DNA from: Octopus bimaculoides
Taxonomy: Eukaryota
Direction: 5' to 3'
NCBI RefSeq assembly: GCF_001194135.2
Contig: NC_069000.1
Span: 3,034,614-3,098,613, forward strand
Length of the DNA: 64,000 nucleotides
Made by a program: the position numbers and the translations under genes
Shown here: positions 41,674-54,029 of the stretch, piece after piece
How positions within the stretch are numbered: position 1 is the first letter of the stretch
Layout: each line of letters opens with the position of its first letter
Notes under the pieces: generated by a model
Seen by the model: the letters and a program-made list of their open reading frames with translations, nothing else
The model's database searches: none
Told to the model about the DNA's origin: nothing

Positions 41674-43288
41674 GAATGTGTCATTCATAATAATAACCAT
41701 ACTTTCTACAAAAAACACAGAGTCTGAAAATCTGGAGAAGAGTGTAGTCTATATTATCGACCCCAGTGCTCGACTGATATTTGAACACAGGATGCAAAGA
41801 TGGAAGAGTATCCAACTGGTGCTTATTTTATCGTTTCCGACAGCATAAATGGCGAAGTCTTGAATTAAGCAAAAATAATAGATATAGGTGGAGAATATCC
41901 ACAATTCTCCCTTTCAGCTTTGTATTCAACGGAGAAAACGTGTGTACTATAATGCGAATATTCAGTCTTCATATTCATTGATTCAGTTTCGATTCCACTG
42001 AGAAAAAATATTCGTTACACATGTCACAACGGAGGACAAATTATTTACTTAACAATACTCGATTGCCAGATGTTGCGAGTTACGTTACATAAAATACAGA
42101 CTCTGCTGGTCAGTGGTAAACGCCATACAGGATTCATATTTTACAGAATACTAGACCGCTATATAACAGACTGTTCCCTAAATTATGTCCCTGTAATTGG
42201 CAGGCAAACAACAGAAAATTGTGAGCTCTAACAAAGATAATGTCGGACAGCTTTAGGTGTGGAGGCGTTGGGTAAGTCAATACGGTGGCGGTGATTTGAA
42301 GATCTGCCACTACTACTATTACCACCACCATCAACACTACCATCCCATTTCAGTCATGTGGATATTTACCAAAGCGTTGATTCGCAAAATGGGTTCGTTC
42401 TTGTAGACATCTGGTACTGGCAGAACTATTAAATCGCTGTTGTTCTTCAAAGTTGTACGAACAACGAAAGTCTATAGGAGCATTAAATACCTATGGAGAA
42501 AATTGTGTAGGGCGAAGAAGAAGGAGAAGAATTCTTAAATGAACATATATAACAATGGCTGTATTTAAGAGCTGTAGAATTACATTAAATTCTGCTAATT
42601 GAAAAGGATATTTGGTTAGGTTTAGTTACCTCTTCAGGCAATTACTTTTCCATTCTATTAACACAAGTGTATATATAGGTAGAAACATATATCAATATAT
42701 ATATATATATATATATATATANNNNNNNNNNNNNNNNNNNNNNNNNNNNNNNNNNNNNNNNNNNNNNNNNNNNNNNNNNNNNNNNNNNNNNNNNNNNNNN
42801 NNNNNNNNNNNNNNNNNNNNNNNNNNNNNNNNNNNNNNNNNNNNNNNNNNNNNNNNNNNNNNNNNNNNNNNNNNNNNNNNNNNNNNNNNNNNNNNNNNNN
42901 NNNNNNNNNNNNNNNNNNNNNNNNNNNNNNNNNNNNNNNNNNNNNNNNNNNNNNNNNNNNNNNNNNNNNNNNNNNNNNNNNNNNNNNNNNNNNNNNNNNN
43001 NNNNNNNNNNNNNNNNNNNNNNNNNNNNNNNNNNNNNNNNNNNNNNNNNNNNNNNNNNNNNNNNNNNNNNNNNNNNNNNNNNNNNNNNNNNNNNNNNNNN
43101 NNNNNNNNNNNNNNNNNNNNNNNNNNNNNNNNNNNNNNNNNNNNNNNNNNNNNNNNNNNNNNNNNNNNNNNNNNNNNNNNNNNNNNNNNNNNNNNNNNNN
43201 NNNNNNNNNNNNNNNNNNNNNNNNNNNNNNNNNNNNNNNNNNNNNNNNNNNNNNNNNNNNNNNNNNNNNNNNNNNNNNNNNNNNNNNN

Positions 43289-43329
<41 letters not shown>

Positions 43330-43599
43330 GTGTGTGTCTGCATGTACGGATGTATAGAACGAACAAGTGCATACGCCTGCTTTACAAACACACCAAACTA
43401 TATAAACAGACAAATTCAAATCTTCCTATTCTTTTTTTATGTTATTTTCTAAAATATCTAATTAATCATGTCTTTGTTTACTTAATTCAGTGAGAGAGTT
43501 AATGATTTTTTTTCTTTAGACACATCGGTATAATTTAGTAGGTTGGCTCACCTAATGCGTGTCAATAATCATGTCAAGAAAAGCTCTTACACACACCCA

Positions 43600-43665
<66 letters not shown>

Positions 43666-44026
43666 NNNNNNNNNNNNNNNNNNNNNNNNNNNNNNNNNNN
43701 NNNNNNNNNNNNNNNNNNNNNNNNNNNNNNNNNNNNNNNNNNNNNNNNNNNNNNNNNNNNNNNNNNNNNNNNNNNNNNNNNNNNNNNNNNNNNNNNNNNN
43801 NNNNNNNNNNNNNNNNNNNNNNNNNNNNNNNNNNNNNNNNNNNNNNNNNNNNNNNNNNNNNNNNNNNNNNNNNNTATATATATATATAAACATACGTACA
43901 TATGTACATAAACATATAAGCACAGATATATAGAGATTTACATAGATATACACAGGCATGTGTACACTTATATACATTAATATGAGTGTGTGTATGTCCT
44001 TGCGTATTTGCAATTATGTTCCTGTC

Positions 44027-44065
<39 letters not shown>

Positions 44066-44710
44066 ATGTTTGTGTTCGTGTGCGAGTGTGTGTGCGATAT
44101 GTGTATTACATGTACGGATTATAATTTTTCACCTCGGCTGTTATCTTGAAAAATAAAAGAAAGAAGCACACACACGGGTGCGCTGATTTTCAAAATGCCT
44201 ATATTTGCCGATAGAAGGTTGCCAATGCATGGAGAATAGCATTTTTTTTCTAAATACGTTTACAAGTGCGCATGTGTCTTCTAGTAACCTCTACGCATTT
44301 GAGTCATTGGAATGCGGCCACTGAAACGTTTCATCGACGATATTTCTTCTGCTGCTGTTATTTAGATTCATTTATTTATCGGTGCCTATTCTACTTCTGA
44401 TGTTGAATAATATATTTCTAAAATGGTGGATCTGAGTTTAAAGCGATGAGAAAGACAATGACATATGTCCATAAATATATATAACACGTACAGTTATACA
44501 TTCATGTATATATATTTTATGCATATAAATATGTATATATATGCAGATACACTCACACACAGACACACACATATATATATATGTATATTGTATGCGTGAA
44601 TAAATATATGTATCTATATATATATATATATATGTATGTATATATTTACACATGTAAATATATATATGAGTATATATATTGTATGTATACATAAGTATGC
44701 ATATATATAC

Positions 44711-44743
<33 letters not shown>

Positions 44744-45245
44744 TGTATGTATGAATAGATATGCATATATGTACATTAGGGTTATATCTATATATACGTA
44801 CACTCTCAGATGCATATATGTGAATGTTGCGTCAGTGCATTGTACGCATGCGTGTTTTTGTCTGTGCTTGACTGTATGTGTATATATGTCCATTTCTGCA
44901 AACTAATTCCCGTATATTTCTTTATGATGTAGATTCTTCTTTTTTTTTTTTTATCATTTATCATATTTATTCCCATTGATTCCGTTCTTTTTCCCATTTT
45001 CCCCTGCGTTCCATAACAGATATATCGCCAACAAGATTCCGAGCATCGCTAAAAGAATATGAAAATACTTTCTGATCAAAATTGTTTTGATTAATTAGTT
45101 GGAAATGAAAGAGCGGCCTCTTTGACATTTATAGGATTCCCAGGCCGCGAAGTTTAATATGATTGACGTTTACCTTTGACTTTTTTCTTTCTGAACCACT
45201 ACACTTGCACGTTACATCGGCAACAGAGCAACACGGGAGCTTTAA

Positions 45246-45292
45246 TGCTAAGCAGAGAAGGCAAATCTGCTAAGCAGAGAAGGCAAATCTGC
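45246..45292. repeat. Perfect 22-bp tandem duplication
   Basis: TGCTAAGCAGAGAAGGCAAATC x2 + TGC. Confidence 0.9.
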
Positions 45293-45498
45293 CTTATATC
45301 ACAATTCACTGAAAGGAAGTAACGATTGGATAATGCGATCCTAAGAAGACCAAAAAATCATCGTCGTTACTTAGTGGAATATGTTGTGTTCAATCCAGAA
45401 TGACCAGGATATAAACAAAAAGAAGGAAAATATATATTGTCTTGGACAAAGAAAATTTCTACTCATTTATGGCAACAATACATACACACACACATATA

Positions 45499-45906
45499 CT
45501 CTTTTACTCTTTTAATTGTTTCAGTCATTTGACTGCGACCATGCTGGAGCACCGCCTTTTAGTCGAGCAAATCGACCCCAGGACTTATTCTTTGTAAGCC
45601 TAGTACTTATTCTATCGGTCTCTTTTGACGAACCGCTAAGTTACGGGGACATAAGCATACCAGCATCGGTTGTCAAGCGATGTTGGGAGGGACAGACACA
45701 GACATACAAACATATACACAGACATACATATATACATATATACGACGGGCTTCTTTCAGTTTCCGTCTACCAAATCCACTTACAAGGCTTTGGTCGGCCC
45801 GAGGCTATAGTAGAAGACACTTGCCCAAGATACCACGTAGTGGGACTGAACCCGGGACCATGTGGTTGGTAAGCAAGCTACTTGCCACACAGCCGCTCCT
45901 ACGCCT
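45499..45906 (-). mobile_element. Full-length, well-preserved SINE family C with internal microsatellite and possible 11-bp TSD
   Basis: Minus strand AGGCGTAGGAGCGGCTGTGTGGCAAGTAGC...GGGTTCAGTCCC (B-box-like)...TTGGGCAAGTGTCTTC...; 3' end GACTGAAACAATTAAAAGAGTAAAAGAG. Flanked by ACACACATATA at 45488-45498 and 45907-45917 (low complexity, so the TSD is tentative). Confidence 0.9.
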
Positions 45907-45921
45907 ACACACATATAAATA

Positions 45922-46173
45922 TTGGGTTGGTGTATAATTGTTGCGGCTTCTTTTTTCAACAAATTTTATTGAACCAAAAGGAATAACAACAAGTAACAAA
46001 ACCATCTTTAAATGATTATTCCGGAGCATATTCACCATCTACTTCAATTACTGCTTCCCATTTGCTTGGCAGACGGTCAAATCGTCATTTAAAGATGTTT
46101 TTGTTAAATATTGTTATTGTTTTTGTCGAATAAAATTTGCTGAAAAAAGCCGCAATAATTATGCACCAAACCA

Positions 46174-46174
<1 letters not shown>
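45922..46174 (-). mobile_element. Mariner-derived MITE (Hsmar1-like termini), TA-flanked, about 95-bp inverted arms around the last 21 transposase codons
   Basis: TA|TTGGGTTGGTGTATAATTGTTGCGGC ... GCCGCAATAATTATGCACCAAACCAA|TA resembles the Hsmar1/MADE1 TIR TTAGGTTGGTGCAAAAGTAATTGCGG. Minus 46081-46016 = FDRLPSKWEAVIEVDGEYAPE*, matching the mariner transposase C-terminus (Mos1 LPERWEKCVASDGKYFE). Confidence 0.85.
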
Positions 46175-46235
<61 letters not shown>

Positions 46236-46486
46236 AAAGTAGTGTCTTAAATAAAGAAAGGAGAAGTCAGATTGACATTGCGATTGTTTATGTAAACGGA
46301 CGATATCTTATTCCGTATCATATGGTATTACGCAATTCATGCAATGTTATGTAATGCATAACATAATATGTGGAAATATGCATTAATAATCCCATTGTTC
46401 ATTCGCTTCCTCAGATGTCATAACTTGAAGGCTCGATCGCCAGGATTATAATCATACCAAGACATCTCTCTCTCTCTCTTTCTGTA

Positions 46487-46524
<38 letters not shown>

Positions 46525-46687
46525 CTTGTATGTGTCGTCATATTGGAAAAGGAAAAATATTTCCTAAGAAGACCGTGTACTCGTGGTTTAATTCCCAGAT
46601 CAATCAGCATCGATTACATCTTACTTGCAATGCGTTTCTTCTGTAAGGATGTTTCCGAAAGAAGGGAGAATCAAAAAATGTAGGCAC

Positions 46688-46940
46688 GCTTTGTGAGTTG
46701 ATTTAGTAGATGGAAACTGAAAGAAGCCCGGCATGTGTGTGTGTGTGTGTCTGTGTATCTGCCTGTCAGTATTTGTTCCCACCACCATCACCACCGCTTA
46801 ACAACCGGTGTCGGCATGTTTACGTTCCCGTAACTTAGCGGTTCTGGTAAAGATATCTATCGAATAAATACCAGGCTTTAAACAAAGGTACAGGGATCGA
46901 TTCATTCGACCAGAAAGTCAAGGCGTTGCCACAGCGTAGC
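46688..46940 (+). mobile_element. 5'-truncated SINE family C
   Basis: GATTTAGTAGATGGAAACTGAAAGAAGCCCG-(TG)n-...CCCGTAACTTAGCGGTTC...GAATAAATACCAGGCTT. Confidence 0.85.
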
Positions 46941-46994
46941 TTAATATTAAAAGGATTTGCTGGTAATATTTAAGCTCACTAGGGTCCCGTGGCT

Positions 46995-47115
46995 GCAGGT
47001 TCGCAGGCACGTTGGGCAAACTGCCTGGCAGCATTTCGACCGTTTTCACGTTCTTAGTCGAAATTTCTCCGAAATTGACTTTGCCGTTCATCCTTTGGAG
47101 ATCGATACAATTCAT
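46995..47115 (+). mobile_element. Diverged SINE family A fragment
   Basis: GGCAGCATTTCGACCGTTTTCACGTTCTTAGTCGAAATTTCTCCGAAATTGACTTTGCCGTTCATCCTTTGGAGATCGATA. Confidence 0.65.
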
Positions 47116-47178
47116 TAACTGTTCCCCATAAATTTGCTAAATTTGCTGAATTTGGATCAAAATTTGAGATTAATACAA

Positions 47179-47435
47179 ATCGATGATCTGACAAAATCGC
47201 TAGCTCGTCGGACAAAATCGCTAGCTCGTCGGACAAAATCGCTAGCTCGTCGGACAAAATCGCTAGCTCGTCGGACAAAATCGCTAGCGGTATTTCTTCA
47301 GGATCTGAGTTAAATCAACGCCGAGACCAACTTCACTTTCCTCCTTCGTGTTTGATAGAATAAGTATCACTTGTATCGAAGTCTTTGACTACACCTTACC
47401 CCGAAATTGCAGGCCTTGTGCCTACTTTAGAAAGA
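47179..47435 (+). mobile_element. SINE family A whose head contains a tandem amplification
   Basis: After the array the sequence resumes GCGGTATTTCTTC...TCTGAGTTAAAT...GCCGAGACCAACTTCACTTTC...GATAGAATAAGTA...AAATTGCAGGCCTTGTGCCTA (A1 tail). Confidence 0.75.
47190..47288 (+). repeat. Perfect 21-bp minisatellite, about 4.7 copies
   Basis: GACAAAATCGCTAGCTCGTCG at 47190, 47211, 47232, 47253, and partial at 47274. Confidence 0.97.
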
Positions 47436-48132
47436 CATCTATTTAAATTCATGTTCCCTCGTATTTGTGTTAAGGAATCTCACCTGCACAAGAAGCCGAA
47501 TGTGAAAGTGGGTAAATTTTTGCCTAGGTTTCAGTCCTTCTCCGCCTCTACCGTTCATGACCTTTCAGTAATTCCTATTATTTCCTCATAGTAAATCATT
47601 CTATTTTCTATACTCCTTTCAGCTTTTCAAATTTTTAATCTAGCTTATGAGAAAGGTTGTGAAATTAATTAAGAAAGTGTTAATGCATGCAGTGATATTG
47701 TCGAACCAAAATGTCATGGCAATCAAGTGTGTTTACAATGTTACTACACATCGTGCTTTATCTTACATGTACTTGTCAATTACTAATGATTGGTCTTGAA
47801 ATATATTATCTTCCTTGTCAGCTGGAGTCATAGGTGAATTCAAACGCTGATACAAAGAAGATAGAGAGCGTATAGGCCAAAATTATGAGCACAGAGAATT
47901 AGAAACCAATTGAAGTTCAGGAAAGGATAGTAAACAAGGAAGAAATGAAACAATACAGAAAGAACATAAATATGATGTTAACTGTAAAAGGACATTACGA
48001 ATTACATACATAATTGATAGACCCGGATGAAAAAATATTTTGTGTTGTGAGATATGGTGTGTAAATGATACGTTTCACTGGACAACATGTGTGCATGCGC
48101 GCGCGCNNNNNNNNNNGTGTGTGTGTGTGTGT

Positions 48133-48330
48133 ATTTATGTGCCCCACCTAGATCGCTCGACAGCCAATGTTGGTATGTTTAAGTCCTCGTAACTTAGCGG
48201 TTCGGCAAAGAGACGGATAGAATAACTATTCGGCTTGCAAACTATATGTCCTGGAGTCGATTTGTTCGATTAAGGTGGTGTTCCAGCATAGCCGGGGTCA
48301 AATGACAAACAAGTGAATGAATAAAAGACT
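48133..48330 (+). mobile_element. SINE family C 3' part
   Basis: CGTAACTTAGCGGTTCGGCAAAGAGACGGATAGAATAA...GTCCTGGAGTCGATTTGTTCGA...TCCAGCATAGCC. Confidence 0.85.
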
Positions 48331-49124
48331 AACATAATATGTATGCATGTGTATGAGTGTATGCATGTTTGTATGTATGTATCAATATATTGATCGCGTA
48401 ATCGTTCCAGTTGGTTAGTAAAAAGGTTATTGACACGATCAGAATGAAAGGAACAAATAACATGAGGATACGATACGATAATACACAGAGTGAGTTTCAA
48501 TAGAAAATAAAGGATAGGATAATTGATATGAACATCGCGAAAATCAACTGATCAATAAAAACAAGAGAGGTGGACAGTAGAAGAAATCTATATTTATAAT
48601 TAGCAGTTTATCGAAAAACATCGGCGCACCGGAGAATGGTATTTAATACTGTTGTTGGTTTTGTTTGGTTTTCTGCAGTTCACTCCTGATTGAGCCGACC
48701 TATGATGAAAGCTTTTCCAAGACTGTCCAGCTTATTGCCTTCATGTATCTAGAGTATGTAGAACAGTAGTAATCCACTGATTTATAAGGTATGACGTACA
48801 TATATGTATATATATATATATANNNNNNNNNNNNNNNNNNNNNNNNNNNNNNNNNNNNNNNNNNNNNNNNNNNNNNNNNNNNNNNNNNNNNNNNNNNNNN
48901 NNNNNNNNNNNNNNNNNNNNNNNNNNNNNNNNNNNNNNNNNNNNNNNNNNNNNNNNNNNNNNNNNNNNNNNNNNNNNNNNNNNNNNNNNNNNNNNNNNNN
49001 NNNNNNNNNNNNNNNNNNNNNNNNNNNNNNNNNNNNNNNNNNNNNNNNNNNNNNNNNNNNNNNNNNNNNNNNNNNNNNNNNNNNNNNNNATATATTTATA
49101 TACATATATATATATATATATATT

Positions 49125-49157
<33 letters not shown>

Positions 49158-49226
49158 ATATATATATATATTATTGCATCTAGGGAGATTCATTCTGTTT
49201 TAACACATTATTCATAAACACACACG

Positions 49227-49309
49227 CCGGTTCGATTTCCACTCATTTACTTATTAAGCAACGAAAAGTTTAGAAAAATAAATAAGTAAATGTGTGGAAA
49301 TCGAACCGG
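49227..49309. other. Near-perfect 29-bp inverted repeat with 25-nt loop (foldback or pre-miRNA-like)
   Basis: CCGGTTCGATTTCCACTCATTTACTTATT (49227-49255) pairs with AATAAGTAAATGTGTGGAAATCGAACCGG (49281-49309) at 28 of 29 positions. Confidence 0.7.
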
Positions 49310-50068
49310 TGAGTGTGTTAATTAATAAGACAGTAAAGCAGACTGGCTCTCTCTAGACACAATAAAAAATGCTTCAACACACGCATTCACATAAAGAATC
49401 TTGCAAAACATATATACAAACGAAATGTATATATATAGATTCGTGTGTATATGTACATATGTATGTATATGGATATGTATGTATATTTTCTCTTGGTTTA
49501 ATTAGATAATCATGGTTTGATTAGAGAAGGAACTATAATGTCCAGGGCGATTCTTCAGAGACGAAAGTGATGTCAGGTTTCCAGGTTATACAGAGGTAAG
49601 ACGCTCGGGAGGTGCGGGATATTTGGAAAAGCGTACTTCTTTCCTAAAGACACCTGATGTCATTCAGTTACGCCGAAATAGGTGTGTGCAGCATTTGGCC
49701 ATATACACGAATGGAATCAGAAAACTAGTATCATCGAAAAGTGATCTCCAGTGACACAGAGTCGGCTCGACCTTACGATCACTCGATTACGAAATGGATG
49801 TCTTAACCTCGTATGCACCACTTCGTTTAGCTTATTTATGATACCATTAGTGTAAATTCAGCTTTTTTTCTGTTGCAGTAAAATTCTAACCAAATGAAAT
49901 TCTTTAAGAGAATCACTACTGCCTCCACAGCTTTAAAATGCACACACATTGTCGAGATATATCGGAAATAGCTAAATCTAAATTTAGTTTTCTAGTTTGT
50001 GTTCTTTTATGTGTACGTACGCTTTCATTTCATTACATCGCTTTTAGTACGAAAGAAGTCCTATTAAG

Positions 50069-50111
<43 letters not shown>

Positions 50112-50480
50112 GGCATATGTGCATACATATATATGATGAACGTAATAGAGCGGTGAGTAGAAAAACTATTATGGCGGATGTAAATCAAATGCGAAATTGA
50201 TGCCAAAGGATGGTCTTTATTTAACCAAACACCGTAGCTATTTGTGTTTAAAGGAGCGTATTGCTCTTAATTTTTTCCAGATGTCCTTTGAAAGGAAAGG
50301 AGATGCAGAGTAGTGACAAAGAAGGCTCTGTTATTCTAACATATATAGACATACACAGACAATATATATATATATATAAAGCTAGAGAGAGAAGGAGAGG
50401 TGCATGGTGCATATTATGTCACTGTGTGTCTGTATGTATGTGTGTGTGTATATATACATATACGCACATTCACACACGCG

Positions 50481-50626
50481 CGAGGATGCCGAAAAGTTCC
50501 CGATTTCAAGTGTATCGCGAAAGGGCTGGTTCGAGGATTAACCATGTTCTTTTACAGGGCCTAGAAAACTGAATAAATGTGAATCTAAGAAGGGATTATG
50601 TTGAATAAAATCATAATTAACTGATC
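50481..50626 (+). mobile_element. Mariner-derived deletion element (Hsmar2/irritans-like left end fused to the transposase 3' end); right TIR not visible
   Basis: Starts CGAGGATGCCGAAAAGTTCC (cf. Hsmar2 TIR CGAGGGGTCTTCAAAAAGTTC). 50552-50608 encodes LQGLEN* / VNLRRDYVE*, a degraded mariner C-terminus, followed by AATAAA. Confidence 0.6.
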
Positions 50627-50632
50627 GTGTAT

Positions 50633-50675
<43 letters not shown>

Positions 50676-51202
50676 GAGAGAGAGAGAGTGAGAGAGAGAG
50701 AGTGAGAGAGAGAAAGAGAGAGAGAGAAGAGAATGACAGACAGATTGGCAGACAGACACCCAGTTGTCGAAATCACAAACGTGTTGCCTCAACTGTTGAC
50801 CAATTCATAGCAATCGTTCTGTTCCTCTTGGTTGGGCGAACTCCAGTCACCTTTACTCTATTTTTGGGGAGATACTCATTTCCCCTTCATTTATCGATGA
50901 TGATTTGTCCAACATAAAGAGCAACACCAAAGCGAAAATCAGCCAGTCGAAATCAACGCCTACGAAATTCATGAATATTTCACTTCTCAAGTTGCAGCTC
51001 ATACATAGCGAAAATAAGACCCTAGCTTTAAATAAAAATAATATAAGCAGCGATGAATGTATCTAAACGGAAGAAGTCTACTGGGAAAGAATTAACAAGT
51101 TAGAATACATGGACCAAAAGTAGCAAATAAATAAAACTGATGCCAAATTTATTTTTTTTAAACTAGTGAAAATATTAGCAAGCGTATTTGAATGATAATA
51201 AC

Positions 51203-51240
<38 letters not shown>

Positions 51241-52211
51241 TAATAACAACAACAACAACAACAGCAACAACAGCAACACCATCGCCATTCAAGTAAGATA
51301 TTTAAATGTATTCCTGTGCAACTTCTATATGTGACTGAAATTTTTCAAAACTTATTTTCAACATGCGAAATCGTGCGATTAGATGCTAAGAATTAACATG
51401 GCGTCTTCCAGCTGAAACGAACATTACAATAACGTAGGTGTCTGTTACATTGCAGACGTTTTTAATAATTCAACAGGTTATAGTAGCTAAATCTACATTT
51501 TCTAAATTCTTATTTCAAGCCAAATGTAAGAAACGCTATAAAAGTGGTTCTTTTTACTTTTGGTATAGAAATTGTTGTTCTCTTTTCGTCGTTCATTTCT
51601 GATATGTAGCGATACTGGTAAGTATTGTCACTTTACCATTCCCTCCATACATTTAACATTTATTTATTGTTAAAAAAATATAAAATTAGAACATTAAGAG
51701 AGTCTTATAAGTTGTCAGAGACCTTAGAATTATCAAGAGATTTAGAAAAAATTCTATTGATTTTGGAAACCATAGCAAGGCAGTGCACGATTTGGTTAAA
51801 TATAAATAACAGCAACATTTTACTAGGAAATGCTTCGTAATCCTAATACTGCTGTTGAAAACGTCTACACACACCCAGGGACACACAGACACACACACAC
51901 AAGCATTTCTCTAAACAAAAGCTCATATATATATTGTTTGGTGGAGAGAATTTATTCATATAGGTTGATAGGGGGAAGAGAGAATTGAACGCAAAATTGT
52001 AGGAAAAGAACACATACTGGGTTAGGTGACAGGCAATGTGTAAATAATCGCAACAACCACACAGGGAGGAAGAGAATCATAGGGAGCTACAAGGAGAGTA
52101 AAGAAGAGCAAATTATAGAATTCCGAAGACCGACAGATGTTGAGGCGAATAAACAGTAGAGTGGGAGTGGGAGTGTTCATAGATGTATTCGTGGATGTGT
52201 GTGTGTGTGTA

Positions 52212-52255
<44 letters not shown>

Positions 52256-52351
52256 TTCCCAGAGATGAAGGCATACATACACATGTACAGAAGCACATAA
52301 GTACGCAATATATATATATGCATACATGTACGCATACACATTTATCATATC

Positions 52352-52424
<73 letters not shown>

Positions 52425-53268
52425 TTATATATATACTGGAGTATATTATGATGAAAATATATACATACAGACGACGTTTATTGCATGCTTTTATCCTTTT
52501 GTGAATTAATTATTGAGTTGTTTCTCTGTAAACTCGTTTGCCTTTGGGAGTCTATGTAAGCGTGCGTGTGCTTACCTTTCACGTTTCAATTTGCGAGCGT
52601 CCGTCCATATGTTTAAAAATATTTTATATTTCTGGGTATATTGGATTAATTTTGTGTACACTGGCTCGAAAAGTAGCGTAAGAAATACAGCTGCGTATAA
52701 TTATTTCGAAAGGTTTCTGTACGGTTGAAAGGATATATCAAAATATTAACTAAAAACACATAGTATCGTTGCAGCCAAAATGGCGTTACCTTATATGGGA
52801 GGTTCGAAAAAATGTAACCATTATTTAAAAAGAAAACAAATAAGGAGACATATCAATGAAGTTGAATCAATATGAAAATTAAAAATAAATCTCTGCGGGT
52901 TTCATTGTTTATATGCGTACATGTGTGACTGTCTAATATATATACATGTGTCTGTGCCTACATTTGCGCCTATGCAGAGTAACGGAGGCATACAAATACA
53001 CACACACGCACTTAGCAAAAATATAAAGAGATACGTGGTCAGTGTTTATATATAGAACATTGGCCACGTATATCGGTATAATATAAATATACCGAAATTA
53101 TTTTTACGCCAGACAGCAATGTCATTTCGGTTTTAAGATATGTAAGTCGTCTTCCCAATTTGAGACGGATTCATTAGTGAAACAGAAGATCAAATTAGTG
53201 CCAAAAATATCTTTATAGGGATAGAGTTACAAGCAATACACCAGATGGTGCTTCATAATGTGTTAATT

Positions 53269-53307
<39 letters not shown>

Positions 53308-53992
53308 GCTGATACAAGATCCACATTAAACTCCTCACTCGTATCACTCTCGAAACAAGAGTTTTACTATGGTCTCTCCATAGCGATACTTATATAGCGC
53401 TACCTACCACTCTTTGGATCTTCTAGATACCTTCGCTTTTAAACACTTTATACCTTCGCTATAAATATATATATACCCATACATATACACCACATTGATA
53501 TCTATGCGTAATGGAGATCAGGCAGACAGAATATATAGAAGGAATGAAAGGAAGAATATTAAAATACAAAATTAACAAAAGCGGTCATCTATATATCTTA
53601 CACTAAGTTGACAACATTGTTTGCTGTGGTGATATCTAATAAATGATGGAAAACGGTAAATAAATAAATAAATAAATATATATTATTTATATAGACTGCT
53701 GTCATTTTGTCTACAATATGTTAACAATGCGTTGAAAGAAATGTTAATTATGTTTCCGCATCCAAAGATATAAGCACTAAATGGAAAGTGAATCTAAACA
53801 GAATCCCAGGCGTTTCTTTAAGACACCACGTGATAACCGTAGTTTGAGGAATATATTTTTTTTATTTTTGTCGTGTATTCACCATCAGATCGTATCTTAT
53901 ATTTCATTTTTATTCTGGAATATCTATTTCAAATTTATATTCGTTTTGGTATGATTATCCGAACACGTGAATATTTGGGCAGGGAGTTCTCG

Positions 53993-54029
<37 letters not shown>

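Noticed and set aside
45516-46038. ORFs 45516-45872, 45680-45937 and 45805-46038 (also 5882-6073, 62835-63078)
   Set aside because: They lie within SINE or MITE sequence. Only the 21-codon mariner stub, in another frame, has protein homology.
47054-47288. CRISPR-like array, or a protein with SDELAIL heptad repeats (ORF 47054-47278)
   Set aside because: The units are contiguous with no spacers, the context is eukaryotic with no cas genes, and the repeat derives from a SINE head. The ORF is a by-product of the 21-bp period.
51611-51618. 8-nt microexon TAG|CGATACTG|GTAAGT; similarly a 15-nt candidate near 42257-42271
   Set aside because: Splice-like motifs at this density are expected by chance, and there is no independent support.
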